Of a stretch of 64,000 bases of DNA, positions 41,299-51,846 are shown piece by piece (the stretch's first letter is position 1; every line of letters begins with the position of its first letter). The notes under the pieces are model-generated. The model worked only from the letters and a program-made list of their open reading frames with translations. It was not told the origin of the DNA and did no database searches. The position numbers and the translations under genes were made by a program. The stretch spans positions 703,326 through 767,325 of the forward strand of contig CAXWPL010000002.1 in NCBI GenBank assembly GCA_963666215.2, in the 5' to 3' direction. The stretch comes from Acidobacteriota bacterium (GTDB lineage: Bacteria; Acidobacteriota; UBA890; WLXD01).

Positions 41299-43080
41299 AT
41301 GCTGCCCGGCATGCAAAATCTGACTCAACGCGCGGCCGACGAGATCACAGAAACTCCGGCCACGACCGCCAAGACCACCGCGGGCGAGCCGCGACCGGGG
41401 CATGCGCTCCGCGAGGCCTACGCGCTCGTGTTTCTCAGCAGCCTGTGCATCATGACGCTCGAGCTCGTCGCCGCGCGCCTGGTGGCGCAGCATCTCGGCG
41501 TCTCGCTCTACACCTGGACATCGGTCATCGGCGTCGTTCTGGCCGGGATCACCCTCGGCAACTACGTTGGTGGCAAGCTCGCCGACATTTACCAGCCGCG
41601 GCTGGCGCTGCCGGCGTTGTTTCTGCTGGCGTCGGTGATGGCGGCGTCGATTCTGCCGGTGGTGGACTGGATGGGCAGCTGGGAGCGTCCCGCTTCGCTG
41701 TCGTGGCCGCTGTGGATTCTGCGCAGCGTCGGTCTCACCTTTTTCCTGCCCTCCGCGATACTCGGAACCATCTCGCCGATGGTGGCCAAGGCGGCCATCG
41801 ACAGCCGTATGCGAGCGGGAATCGGCTCCACTGTGGGCTCGCTTTACGCCTTCGGCGCGGCAGGCAGCATCCTGGGTACTTTCTTGACCGGGTACGTGCT
41901 CATCGATGTGTTCGGCAGCCGCGCAATCGTCAGTGGGATCGCCTTCGCTCTCGGCATCCTGGGCCTGCTGCTGGGGCTTCGGCTGCGACGACCTCCCACG
42001 TTGTTCTTCGTGGGCTGGCTACTGCTGCTCGGGATTACCTCGGTGCTCACCGTGGGTCGCTCCGACTGGGCGCTGCAATGGGGTGTTTTTCTCGGGCTGC
42101 GTTGGGACGATAGCTACGTTGACTACTACGACGAGAGCAACTACTTCACCATCGAGGTCTACGACGCCGACGAGATCGACAATACGAAGGTCCTGGCGCT
42201 CGACCACCTGGTTCACAGCTACGTGGCACTCGACGACGTGACGCGTCTCGAGTACCCCTACGAAACCCTATACGCGGCGATCACCCAGCGCGTGGCGACC
42301 AGCCCCGTGCCACCACGGGCGTTCTTCATCGGCGGCGGCGGGTTCACCTTCCCTCGCTACCTGGAGGCCGAATACCCGGGTGCCCGCATCGACGTCGCGG
42401 AGATCGATCCGGCGGTCAAGGCCGCGGCGCAGGCCGTGCTCGGACTGCCGCCGGACAGCGAAACACGCATCCGAACTCACACGGTCGATGCGCGCAACTT
42501 CGTCCGCGACCAGTTGCGGCAACGCGAGCGCTTCGGGATAGGCGAGTCGGCCGGTCCCAGGGGAGCTTCGGGATCGCCGGACGGGCGCGCGCAGTCCTCG
42601 GGCGAGCGCTCAGCGTACGATTTCGTGTATGGCGATGCCTTCAACGACCTAGGCGTGCCATGGCACCTGACCACCCGCGAGTTCAACGAGGATATAGCCA
42701 GCCTGCTGGGGGATCATGGCGTGTACCTGATCAACGTCATCGACGTCTACCGCCCAGGCATGGGGACGTTCCTGGGTGCCTTCGTCAACACGTTGAGCCT
42801 TACGTTCGACCACGTATACGTGTTCGCCAGCGAGTCGCTCGGCACCAGCGCCGAGCGCGACACGTTCATTGTCGCGGCATCGGCGGCCCGCCTGCCTTTG
42901 CACGACCTGGGTGATCGGGCGGGCGACCTGGAGTTCGAGGGTAACCTTTTCGCTTGGCGCGAGGCTGGCCACGACGGCGGCGAGATGCGGATCTTGTTGG
43001 AGCGTGCCCGCGGCATCGTATTGACCGATAATTACGCGCCCGTGGAGAACCTCATCGCCCCTGTCTTCGCCGATCAGTAA
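41299..43080 (+). CDS. Fused membrane/spermidine-synthase-like SAM-binding protein
   Basis: N-terminal TM block (LELVAAR, GSILGT); FIGGGGFTFP, EIDP, DARNF, GDAF, LTDNYAPVE. Confidence 0.85.
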   Translation: MLPGMQNLTQRAADEITETPATTAKTTAGEPRPGHALREAYALVFLSSLCIMTLELVAARLVAQHLGVSLYTWTSVIGVVLAGITLGNYVGGKLADIYQPRLALPALFLLASVMAASILPVVDWMGSWERPASLSWPLWILRSVGLTFFLPSAILGTISPMVAKAAIDSRMRAGIGSTVGSLYAFGAAGSILGTFLTGYVLIDVFGSRAIVSGIAFALGILGLLLGLRLRRPPTLFFVGWLLLLGITSVLTVGRSDWALQWGVFLGLRWDDSYVDYYDESNYFTIEVYDADEIDNTKVLALDHLVHSYVALDDVTRLEYPYETLYAAITQRVATSPVPPRAFFIGGGGFTFPRYLEAEYPGARIDVAEIDPAVKAAAQAVLGLPPDSETRIRTHTVDARNFVRDQLRQRERFGIGESAGPRGASGSPDGRAQSSGERSAYDFVYGDAFNDLGVPWHLTTREFNEDIASLLGDHGVYLINVIDVYRPGMGTFLGAFVNTLSLTFDHVYVFASESLGTSAERDTFIVAASAARLPLHDLGDRAGDLEFEGNLFAWREAGHDGGEMRILLERARGIVLTDNYAPVENLIAPVFADQ

Positions 43081-43093
43081 GGCCACGCGGCTC

Positions 43094-44323
43094 ATGCCGA
43101 AGAACATCACAGCACGCTCGCCGCGCCAGGCGACGGCTCCCCAGAGCCTGCGGCCCGTCTACGGCGCGGTGTTTGTCGACATGGTGGCGTTCGCGCTCTT
43201 GCTGCCTGTGTTGCCGTTCTACGCCATGCGGCTGGGCGCGACCGGCTTTGGCCTCGGGATGCTGCTGACCTCCTATTCGGCGGCGAAGCTTCTGGGAGCG
43301 ACCACCGCAGGCCGCTTGTCGGATCGTTACGGCCGCCGGCCGGTGCTCGTAGCTTGCCTCGCCGGGTCGGCGATGTCGTTCGTGGTCACGGCGGCCTCGG
43401 GCTCATTGCTGATGCTCGTGGTTGCGCGGGCCATCGCAGGCTTGTTCGGCGGCACCGTGGCAACGGCGCAGGCCTACATTGCCGATGTGACGCCGCCGCA
43501 ACGACGGGCGCGCAACATGGGACTGGTCGGAGCCTCAATTGGGGTCGGCTTCGTGGTCGGCCCGGCGCTGGGCGCCGGCCTCGGGCAATTTGGCTTCACC
43601 GTGACGGCCGGATGTGCAGCGGCCCTCGCCGCGGCCAACGCCCTGCACGCCTACCGACGACTCGAGGAACCGACGCCACTGCCCGGCGGTGGAGTGGGAG
43701 ATTCGAGCCAGCAGTCGCGCTCGACAGAGCCCCGAGAAGCCCTAGGCCTGTGGCACGGGCCGGCGCTCGTTCTGATCGCCAGCTTCTTCACGATATTCGC
43801 GTTCGTGTCGATGGAGACAACCCTGGCGTTCCTGGCCAATGCTCGCTTCGAGCTCAAGGAACGCGGCTTCGGGCTCGTGCTCGCCTACGTCGGCACGCTG
43901 ATGATCATTGTTCAAGGCCTCTTCATCGGCCGACTCGCGCCGCGCCTGGGGGAAAGAACGTTGGCGCTCGCCGGCGCCGCACTGCTCGGCGGCGGCATGT
44001 TGCTGATTCCACCGGCATCCACGATGGCCTTGCTGCTGCTCGCACTCGCGGTGGTGGCGGTGGGGCAAGGCTTGGCCTCGCCTTCGCTCGCATCACTGCT
44101 GTCGCGGCAAAGCGGGCACAATCAGCAAGGCGGCATGCTCGGGCTCGGGCAGTCGGTCGGCTCGGCGGCACGCGCACTGGCCCCTCTGATGGCGGGTTGG
44201 CTCTACGATGTGCACCCGGCGCACCCCTACCTCGCCGCCGGCACGCTGGCGCTCGTAGCGGGTCTGGCGTTGGTGCCGCTCGTGTCACCACGCCCTGCGA
44301 GGCAGCAGGCTTCACGCGCCTAG
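43094..44323 (+). CDS. MFS transporter (TetA/DHA1-like)
   Basis: GRLSDRYGRRPVL motif A, AYIADVT, GFVVGPALG; about 12 TM. Confidence 0.9.
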   Translation: MPKNITARSPRQATAPQSLRPVYGAVFVDMVAFALLLPVLPFYAMRLGATGFGLGMLLTSYSAAKLLGATTAGRLSDRYGRRPVLVACLAGSAMSFVVTAASGSLLMLVVARAIAGLFGGTVATAQAYIADVTPPQRRARNMGLVGASIGVGFVVGPALGAGLGQFGFTVTAGCAAALAAANALHAYRRLEEPTPLPGGGVGDSSQQSRSTEPREALGLWHGPALVLIASFFTIFAFVSMETTLAFLANARFELKERGFGLVLAYVGTLMIIVQGLFIGRLAPRLGERTLALAGAALLGGGMLLIPPASTMALLLLALAVVAVGQGLASPSLASLLSRQSGHNQQGGMLGLGQSVGSAARALAPLMAGWLYDVHPAHPYLAAGTLALVAGLALVPLVSPRPARQQASRA

Positions 44324-44355
44324 CGTCCTGCGTCGTCTGCACCCCGCGTAAGTTT

Positions 44356-45150
44356 TCAGAGTCCGCGCAAGGGTTCGAGACGGCCTCTGAGGGCCTCGTG
44401 CACACGACCGTTGCTCGCCACGATGTTGCGACCGTGGAGCAGGTTCGAGTCGCCGCAACCGCCCACGCCGCCGGCGAAATCCGTCACCGTGCCTCCGCCC
44501 GCGCGCACCAACTGGATTCCCGCCGCCACGTCCCACGGCTCCAAATGCAACTCCCAGTACCCGTCGAGCCGGCCGCAGGCCGTGTACGCGAGGTCGAGAG
44601 CGGCAGATCCGAAACGGCGCAAGCCGGCGGCCGCCAGGCCGAGGCTGACGACGTTGTCGAGATTGTTGTCGGCCAGCGCATTGCGGTTGTAGGCGAAGCC
44701 GGTGGCCAGAATCGAGTCGTCCAGCTCCGCGGTCGACGACACTTCGGCCGGCGATCCGTTGAGGAGCATCGGCGAGCCCGCCGACGCGGTGAACGTTTGC
44801 GCCAACGCAGGTGCGTGGACCACGGCGGCAACGGGCTCGTGCCTCTCATAGACGGCGATCGACACGCACCAGAACGGAATCCCGTGGAGGAAGTTCACCG
44901 TGCCATCGAGGGGATCGACAATCCACAGCCGATCACCCGTACCTTCCCGGCTTCCCCCTTCCTCCGCCAGAACGTCGTCGGCGGCAGGAATCTGCTTCAG
45001 GATGTACGCCTCCGCTTCGATGTCGGCCTGGCTCACCAGGTCGCGCCGGCGGCCACCCTTGTGCTGGGCGTCGCCGCGCGACAACGAGCCGTAGTACCGC
45101 AGCAGCAGGTTTCCGGCTCCCCGGGCGAGATTCTCGAGTTGTTCGATCAT
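44356..45150 (-). CDS. Inositol monophosphatase family protein
   Basis: AEE, WIVDPLDGTVNF, RRFGSAALDL, PWDVAAG. Confidence 0.92.
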   Translation of the reverse strand: MIEQLENLARGAGNLLLRYYGSLSRGDAQHKGGRRRDLVSQADIEAEAYILKQIPAADDVLAEEGGSREGTGDRLWIVDPLDGTVNFLHGIPFWCVSIAVYERHEPVAAVVHAPALAQTFTASAGSPMLLNGSPAEVSSTAELDDSILATGFAYNRNALADNNLDNVVSLGLAAAGLRRFGSAALDLAYTACGRLDGYWELHLEPWDVAAGIQLVRAGGGTVTDFAGGVGGCGDSNLLHGRNIVASNGRVHEALRGRLEPLRGL

Positions 45151-45256
45151 GCTTGGCGGTTGGCTCGTGCTGGAGAGGTAATGGCCGGCTTCAACCTGGC
45201 CACGGGCGGAGAGGACGGCGTGTGCGACGGCGTCTGGAGGTCGGGAATGCGCGAGT

Positions 45257-46534
45257 ATGTATGATGGCGCCGCGATGGTCATACCCGCCAACCCACACGC
45301 GTCCGCTCGTGCGGATCCCGAATCACCCGGCCCGCCGAAGCCGCCGTCACCCACGCGGCGAAGACTCGCGATGCGCCGCGTGGCAGTTGTTGGCGGAGTC
45401 GTGCTTGCGCTTGTGGTTGCGGTGCTGTGGATCGAGGTCGGCCTACCCGGACGACGTGTGCCCATCATCTATGCCCCGAACCACGTTGACAGTGGACTGT
45501 CGCACTTCGACTTCACCACCCCGCCGTGCGTGCCGTTAGTCAACGAGCCCGGGCCGGGAGATGTGCCCGACGACACGGTTTCGGTTCGCTATCTGGGCGC
45601 CGGGGGCATGCTCGTCCGCTGGCGCGGCGCGGCGCTTCTGACCGCTCCGTTCTATACGAATCCGTCGCTGCCGAGAGTACTGTTCGGTCGGCTGGATCCC
45701 GACGAGCACGCGATCGACGCCGAGCTTGGCCCTCTCGATCTGGACGACGTGCGCGCCCTGCTGGTTGGGCATTCGCACTACGACCACATGGGCGATCTGG
45801 TCCCGGTGGCACGGGGCTACGCGCGCAACGCGGCAATCTACGTCAACCCGACCGGCCGCCACATGCTCGCCCCGTACAGCGATCTCGCTGCACGCTCGAA
45901 AGCGCTCGATCCACATTCAAACGAATGGATCTGGCTCCGCGACGACGACGACAACCCGCTGCCGATCCGCTTCCGCGCCATCGCCTCCGATCACGCTCCG
46001 CATTCCCGGTTCTTCCGCTTCGCGCACCGGCAGCTGACAGAGGACTGGACCCAGGAATGGAGCGAGATCCCGATACGGCGTTTTGTTGACGGTCGGACGC
46101 TCGCGTTCGTGATCGAGCTGCTCGACGAGGATCTGGCTACGGTGAGGTTCCGGATTCACTATCAGGACGCGGCGAGTGGTCCCCCGGCCGGCTACGACGG
46201 ATTGTCCGCCGGGCTCGAGATCGATCTGGCCGTCCTGTGTCTGCCTTCGGCGCACCTCGTCGAGGGCTATCCCGAACAGCTTCTCGCCCACCTACGCGTG
46301 CGACATGCGATGGTGACCCACTACGAAGACTTCTTCAGTCAACGCGACGACACACGTTTCGTCGGCGCCTTGACCGACGCACGCGCCGCAAGCTTTCTGG
46401 CGACGGTGAAGGCAGCCGCCGACCGCCAACCCGACGCTTCGAGTGGTCCGCTCGCGTGCGGATGCGGCCCGTGTGCCGACGCCTGGTCGATGCCGTTCCC
46501 CGGCGAGCGCTTGCGCTTCGCGCCGCGGCCCTAG
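45257..46534 (+). CDS. Membrane-anchored MBL-fold hydrolase
   Basis: TM; YLGAGG, GHSHYDHMGD, DHAPH, HYEDFF. Confidence 0.75.
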   Translation: MYDGAAMVIPANPHASARADPESPGPPKPPSPTRRRLAMRRVAVVGGVVLALVVAVLWIEVGLPGRRVPIIYAPNHVDSGLSHFDFTTPPCVPLVNEPGPGDVPDDTVSVRYLGAGGMLVRWRGAALLTAPFYTNPSLPRVLFGRLDPDEHAIDAELGPLDLDDVRALLVGHSHYDHMGDLVPVARGYARNAAIYVNPTGRHMLAPYSDLAARSKALDPHSNEWIWLRDDDDNPLPIRFRAIASDHAPHSRFFRFAHRQLTEDWTQEWSEIPIRRFVDGRTLAFVIELLDEDLATVRFRIHYQDAASGPPAGYDGLSAGLEIDLAVLCLPSAHLVEGYPEQLLAHLRVRHAMVTHYEDFFSQRDDTRFVGALTDARAASFLATVKAAADRQPDASSGPLACGCGPCADAWSMPFPGERLRFAPRP

Positions 46535-46655
46535 GCCAGTCGCGGTTCGGCCACATCCGCCGACGTTCGATCTCGGGTGGCAAGGGGTCCGTCGAGTCGC
46601 GCTCGAGGCCAGTGAGCGTCCGCGGAGCCTGCCTGACCCGTGTACCGCGTCGAGC

Positions 46656-47354
46656 CTATATTGCGGCCAGCCCCTCACGGTCCAAGATCCAGATCACTCG
46701 ACCTCTCGCTTCGACGTAGCCGGCGCGGCGGAAACGATTGAAGGCCATGCTGGTGGTCTCTCTTGTGGAGCCGACGAGCTGCCCGAGATCGGTTTGAGTC
46801 AGCCGCAGCCCGATACGTGTGCCCCGCTCATCGTCGTCGCCGTAGTCGTCGGCCAGGCGCAGCAATGCCTGCGCCAGACGCTGGCCCACATCCTTCGAAA
46901 GCAGATCGATCAGGCGATCCTCGAGATCGAGGCGGCGCTTGGCGATAATCCGGGTGATCTGCAACGCCAGATCCGGGTGCTGCGTCAGGTAGCCCAATAG
47001 ACGATCTCGGTCGATCATGCACACGAACGCATCCTCAACGACCGTCGCGCATTCCTGTCGAGCGGGCTCTCCTGTCACCGCGACCTCACCAAACACATCT
47101 CCGGGACCCTGAAAGCCCATGATCACTTCCTTGTCGCCGCCGACCGACTTGAACAGCTTCACCTTGCCGCTGCGCAGGATGTAGATGCGGTCCGCGATGT
47201 CGTCGGTGCGGTAGATCTCTTCGCCGCTCTTGAAGAGCCTCAGGTCGGCGATATTCCCCAGCTGTCGCACCTCCCAGTCGGCCAGGCTGTGGAACAGGTT
47301 GACTTGCTTCAGGTGCCAGTACGTCGCCTGGGAAACTGCCAGCGCCGCTTGCAT
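46656..47354 (-). CDS. Crp/Fnr-family transcriptional regulator
   Basis: cNMP domain (SGKVKL, GDVFGE); HTH LTQTDLGQLVGSTRETTS. Confidence 0.92.
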   Translation of the reverse strand: MQAALAVSQATYWHLKQVNLFHSLADWEVRQLGNIADLRLFKSGEEIYRTDDIADRIYILRSGKVKLFKSVGGDKEVIMGFQGPGDVFGEVAVTGEPARQECATVVEDAFVCMIDRDRLLGYLTQHPDLALQITRIIAKRRLDLEDRLIDLLSKDVGQRLAQALLRLADDYGDDDERGTRIGLRLTQTDLGQLVGSTRETTSMAFNRFRRAGYVEARGRVIWILDREGLAAI

Positions 47355-47551
47355 GTGTGTGACCTCCGCAGTGGGACGAGCCCGGAAACTCATGTTCTTG
47401 GCGTTGACTTTGCGGCGGACCGTCGTCTGGTTTCAGGTTTCCGCGAGAAAGTCCTGTCCGTGGCGCAACGCGCGGATCGTGGTCGACTGCCCGCCGCTGG
47501 CCTCCGGAGCCATCCGCCACCGCGCCGTCGTCGGGACGCCGAGTGGGAGGG

Positions 47552-48232
47552 CTAGGCGGTCCGCCCCAGCTCCTCGCGGCGGGCGTGGAGCGTCCACAGG
47601 TAGCCGAGCAGGAACCCCGTCAGTCCGAGGATCAAGATCCCGCCTGTATGCCCCAGAAGGACGTGCGTCGGAGCAGAGTAGGGGCAGAAGAGCCGCCAGG
47701 AGGAATCGGCCGCCATCCCCGCCCCGGTGCCCACGAGGAAGCCGGCCAGCATGGGCCGCTGCGGCAGCGTGCGCGACACGAGCCAGGCTATTCCTAGAAG
47801 AATCGGCACACCGATCAGCGTCTCGGTGCGGAAACACGCCATCCACATACTGAACGAAGCCCCGAGCCCGCCCATCGGGGCGCGCAGGAAGATCAGATAG
47901 TTGACGACGATCTGGATCGTGAACGCGGCCAGGCACAATGCCCCGATGGCTCGTTGCGAAGGTCGCCAGCCGGGAATGCCCTCGCGCAGCGCCAGAAACA
48001 GCAGGCCGTGGGCGAGCAGAAGCTGGATCGCGATCGGCACCCAGGCCAGCAGCATGCCGATCGTCCCCAGATCGCGAATCTGATGGTACAAATACGGCAT
48101 GATCATGGCCGCGACGGCGATCGGGGCGATGTAGAGCAGCCGTACCCACGGGGCGGCGAGCGGCCGTACAGGTTTCAACTCGTCGCCGATGATGGCCCTC
48201 AGGCTCTGCAGCTCCGCTGGGCGCTCGTTCAT
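47552..48232 (-). CDS. NrsF/DUF1109-like anti-sigma membrane protein
   Basis: LKPVRPL start, about 6 TM, conserved C (ACF) and LFCP..H...GH; directly downstream of ECF sigma. Confidence 0.75.
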   Translation of the reverse strand: MNERPAELQSLRAIIGDELKPVRPLAAPWVRLLYIAPIAVAAMIMPYLYHQIRDLGTIGMLLAWVPIAIQLLLAHGLLFLALREGIPGWRPSQRAIGALCLAAFTIQIVVNYLIFLRAPMGGLGASFSMWMACFRTETLIGVPILLGIAWLVSRTLPQRPMLAGFLVGTGAGMAADSSWRLFCPYSAPTHVLLGHTGGILILGLTGFLLGYLWTLHARREELGRTA

Positions 48233-48269
48233 CCGTCGACTCCGCGACGTGCATGGGCGTGCGCGTCTC

Positions 48270-48851
48270 TCATGCGTTCGCGCTCTGTCCCTGGTTGGGC
48301 ATGTCCGCTCCCAGAACCTCCCGAAGCGTCTGGATGCCGCGAAACGCGCGCAACTTGGCCGCGCGTTCGGTGATGCCCAGCATGTCGCCGATCTCTCTGA
48401 AGGTGAATCCCCAAATATGGTGTAGCAGCAGCGCCTCGCGGCGATTCTCCGAAACCAGCGCCAGCGCCTGACCCAGGCCGTCGCGCGCCGGGAACAGCTC
48501 CGCGAGCGCCGCGACGGGCATCTCCGGCAGCTCTTCCCTGGGGTTCGTCTCGTGACGTGATCGCCGCATCGCGGTTCGTCGCGACATCAAGAAGACGTGG
48601 CGCGCGATACCAAACGCCCAGGGCTTTACTGGCCGACCCGGCATGTACGTTTGCCGCGAGCGGTGCATCTGCAAAAACGTCTCCTGCATCAGGTCCTCAC
48701 CCCGAGCCAGGTCTCGCGCCAGCGAGGCCAGGTAGTTCCGCAGTGGTACCGAGAGCTCGGCGAATAGCGCGTCAAAGGCCGCGAGATCGCCGCCCTGGTA
48801 GGCGACCATGAGCTCGGCCAGGCGCTCGGCCGACGCGTCTTTTTGCACCAC
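48270..48851 (-). CDS. ECF RNA polymerase sigma factor
   Basis: LMVAYQGGDLAAF, EDLMQETFL, PWAFGIARH, region 4 GFTFREIG. Confidence 0.92.
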   Translation of the reverse strand: MVQKDASAERLAELMVAYQGGDLAAFDALFAELSVPLRNYLASLARDLARGEDLMQETFLQMHRSRQTYMPGRPVKPWAFGIARHVFLMSRRTAMRRSRHETNPREELPEMPVAALAELFPARDGLGQALALVSENRREALLLHHIWGFTFREIGDMLGITERAAKLRAFRGIQTLREVLGADMPNQGQSANA

Positions 48852-48861
48852 TGAGACACCC

Positions 48862-48887
48862 TTTGCACTTACGAGGGGAATGGTTTC
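48862..48887 (-). promoter_or_regulatory. Putative autoregulatory ECF promoter
   Basis: Minus strand GAAACC-N16-CAAA ending about 10 nt before the sigma GTG; resembles SigF/ECF16-type GTAACC-N16-CGAA. Confidence 0.35.
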
Positions 48888-49112
48888 AGCCGCTCTCGCG
48901 CAACTGCACTGGGCGCGAATTTAGGGTTGTGGAACGGCCGGCGGGTACATATATCATTCTCTAAAGGCGCCGCCCAGCTGGGGCCAGCACCGGCTCAGAG
49001 GCGAAGCCAATCGCCAACGCTAAGCGTTGCCACCTCCCACCTCAACAAAACGCGTCGCGTACCGGCCAGCCTTTGGCCGATACGGCGCCAATGTGCACAA
49101 GAGAGGTGTGAA

Positions 49113-49552
49113 GTGAAGAAGCTCGCCGTAGCCCTACTGGCAGCCCTCCCGCTGTCCTTCTACGCTGCCCCGGCTGCCGCGCAGGCACCACCACGTGCCG
49201 AGCTCTTCGGTGGCTATTCCTACCTGTCGTACGAGTCGCCGGACGGAAGCGACGACGAGGCTCACGGCGTCGAGGCCGACTACACCTACTATCTGGACGG
49301 CCGTTGGGGCTTCGTTGTCAGCGCCTCGGCTCACTGGGGCACCCAGTCCGTAGCCTTCGGCAGCGTGCTGAACGGCCTTGACGTTCAACAGACCGCCTTC
49401 TTGGGCGGCGTGCGGGCGAAGGTCTACACGAGCAACAGGGCCGCGGTTGGCCTCGCGGCGCTCGTAGGCGTGACCCGACGCGAAATCGATACGGCCATCG
49501 GCGGCGTTGGATTTGGCGACGACACCGAGCTCAGCTACGGTGCGATGGCCAA
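49113..49552 (+). pseudogene. Outer-membrane beta-barrel protein, 5' part, truncated and fused to a transposase
   Basis: Signal peptide MKKLAVALLAALPLSFYAAPAAAQ; ELFGGYSY; alternating beta-strand pattern. Confidence 0.7.
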
Positions 49553-50870
49553 CGAGGACAAGGCCGGCTACCCACCGTATCACCCGGTGATGATGACCAA
49601 GCTGCTGCTGTACGGCTACGCGGTCGGGGTGCGCAGCGCGCGGAAGCTGCAGCAGGCGACGCGAGAGAATGTCGGGTTCCGGGTGCTGTGTGCGGGCAAC
49701 GAACCGGACTTCCGAACGATCGCAGCGTTTCGTGCCAGGCACCTCGAGGCGATGGAAGGACTGTTCCAGCAGGTGTTGACGATCTGCGCGCAAGCGGGGA
49801 TGGCGAAGCTGGGCTACGTGGCGGTGGACGGCACGAAGATCAAGGCTAACGCCTCCAAGCACAAGGCGATGAGCTACGGGCGGATGAAAAGGGAGCGCAA
49901 GCGGCTGCGCACCGAGATCCGTACGTACCTGCAAGAATGCGTCGCCCTGGACGAAGCCGAAGATGCGCGCTACGGCGCCGACAAGCGCGGAGACGAGCTA
50001 CCTGAGGAGCTGGCCGACCCGGCCAAGAGGTTGGATGCGATCGAGCGGGCGATGGCGGCGCTGGAGCAACAAGCTACGGAGAAAGCCGAGCAGAAGGGCA
50101 AGGAGCCCAGCAAGCCGAAGGACAACGCGCAGTACAACTTCACGGATCCCGACAGTCGGATCATGAAGTCGGCGGACCGCGCCTACATCCAGGCGCACAA
50201 CGCCCAGGCAGCGGTCGACGAGCAGCACCAGATCGTCGTGGCGGCCGAGGTCACCCAGCAAGCCAACGACAAAGGGTGGCTGGTGCCGATGGTGCACCAG
50301 GTGGTTGACCGATTGGAGCTGGTGCCCGAGCAGGTCAGCGCAGACGCGGGGTACTGGGTGGAGCGAGATGTGGAGCGGCTCGAGTGGTACGACATCGAGG
50401 CGCTGGTGGCGCCCAAGAAGCTGAGGCACAGCGATTGGCGCAAGCCACCGACAGCGGAGGGACCGCCCCCGGAGGGGCTGACCACGAAGCAGCGCATGGA
50501 GCATGTGCTGAACACGGAAGAGGGCCGCAGAAAGATGATGCGGCGCTGGGTCACCGTCGAGCCGGTGTTCGGCCAGATCAAGAGGGCAATGGGGTTCCGG
50601 GAGTTCTCCATGCGGGGGACCGGGAAGGCTCAGGGCGAGTGGAAGCTCGTGTGTACGGCCCACAATCTGCTGAAGTTGTTCCGCAACGGAGTGAGCATGG
50701 CGCCGCGGCCCTCCGGGGAACTACTCCACAGCGCCGCAGCCGCTTGAAAGTGCCGTCGCGCCAGCTCGGCTATGCCGTCGTAGGGCGCCAATCTCTACGA
50801 CATCTCCGTCTTCGCCAACTCGCCGCTTCGACCCACCTTGCGTCTATCCGATACTCGGACGGACTCCTAG
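49553..50870 (+). mobile_element. IS1182-family element lacking its left end; transposase ORF ends at 50747
   Basis: GYPPYHPVMMTKLLLYGY, PDFRTI, VDGTKIKANAS, NFTDPDSRIM, SADAGY, VEPVFGQIK; right end TACTCGGACGGACTCCTAG. Confidence 0.88.
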
Positions 50871-50977
50871 GCACAGGTGGCTTCCCGCGAGACGCTGGCA
50901 GATAGGGCCAAGAGCGCGGCTTTCGCGCCATTCGTAACCAAATTCCTAACCAGGCCGATCAGCGAAAAGCGATAAAA

Positions 50978-51075
50978 TGGCGGAAGCGCCTGGGAATCGA
51001 ACCCAGCGGAGCTGTCTTCCGACAACCCCCATCAGATTTGAAGTCTGAGAAGGCCACCAGACCCCATTCGCTTCC
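50978..51075 (-). tRNA. selC: tRNA-Sec (TCA)
   Basis: GGAAGCG...CTTCAAA anticodon loop, long variable arm, GGTTCGATTCC, CGCTTCCGCCA; 98 nt. Confidence 0.93.
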
Positions 51076-51253
51076 GCGCGAAACGATGTAGCGCGTGCGC
51101 CGTAGTTATGACCAAGCCGCATGTGTAAAGTTGTACACAGGCGGCGGGCCGTGGCGCGGGTCATTGTGGCAGCTGGTCACGCCACTCGCCAGGCGCGAAT
51201 GCACGAGGTTGAAAGGAACAGAGCAACTCGAAACGACGGGAGAGGCAGACGAC

Positions 51254-51661
51254 ATGACAGCAGACACGGGCCAGCAGACAGACGAAGCGCCGAACACCGG
51301 AACCGAGGCATCGGCTCTCGAGCGCATCTGGCAGGAGATTCGCGACATCACGCGCCAGGTCGAGCAGGAAGCTCGCCGCAACGGACGGCTGGCCTCGTTG
51401 CACCTCGATGTGCGCAACCTGCGGCGTGGCCGGAGCGAGCAGTTCTCGCGGCTCGGGAATTTGATTTACCGCGCCCAACTGGAGTCAGAGCGCCGCCCAA
51501 CGCTGTCTCGGGTGGAAGGCTACGACGACCTGATCGTCCAGATCCAGGCGATGGACGTACGCATCGAGACGGTCGAGGCGGAGATCGCGCGGCTGCGAAC
51601 CGGCGGCTCGCCCTACGAACCACCGAAGGCCGCGAACGCCAAAGCCGAGTCCGCCGCCTAG
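51254..51661 (+). CDS. Hypothetical coiled-coil protein
   Basis: Helical heptad pattern; LGNLIY segment; GAGG upstream. Confidence 0.55.
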   Translation: MTADTGQQTDEAPNTGTEASALERIWQEIRDITRQVEQEARRNGRLASLHLDVRNLRRGRSEQFSRLGNLIYRAQLESERRPTLSRVEGYDDLIVQIQAMDVRIETVEAEIARLRTGGSPYEPPKAANAKAESAA

Positions 51662-51773
51662 TCCTTGGTCGTCCCGCGTGCCGCCGAACAGGACGGGAGA
51701 CTTTTCCGGCACTTGCCGGACGCGGCCGCGAGCGTAGAATGGTGCGGCCGGGCGGCCTCGCGCCGACCGATCT

Positions 51774-51846
51774 GGGGCTGTAGCTCAGTTGGGAGAGCGC
51801 GTGACTGGCAGTCACGAGGTCAGGGGTTCGAGACCCCTCAGCTCCA
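51774..51846 (+). tRNA. tRNA-Ala (GGC)
   Basis: GGGGCTG/CAGCTCC acceptor with G3:U70; anticodon loop CTGGCAG; GGTTCGAGACC; no encoded CCA. Confidence 0.95.

Noticed and set aside
43354-45264. 636-aa plus-strand ORF and similar long overlapping ORFs (32750-34318, 52839-54425)
   Set aside because: Arg/Ala/Gly-rich alternative frames overlapping well-supported genes; expected in high-GC DNA
50978-51075. Selenoprotein genes near selC
   Set aside because: The redox proteins checked (glutaredoxin, OsmC, NrsF-like) use ordinary Cys codons; no convincing in-frame TGA plus SECIS was noticed, and selA/B/D are absent from the window
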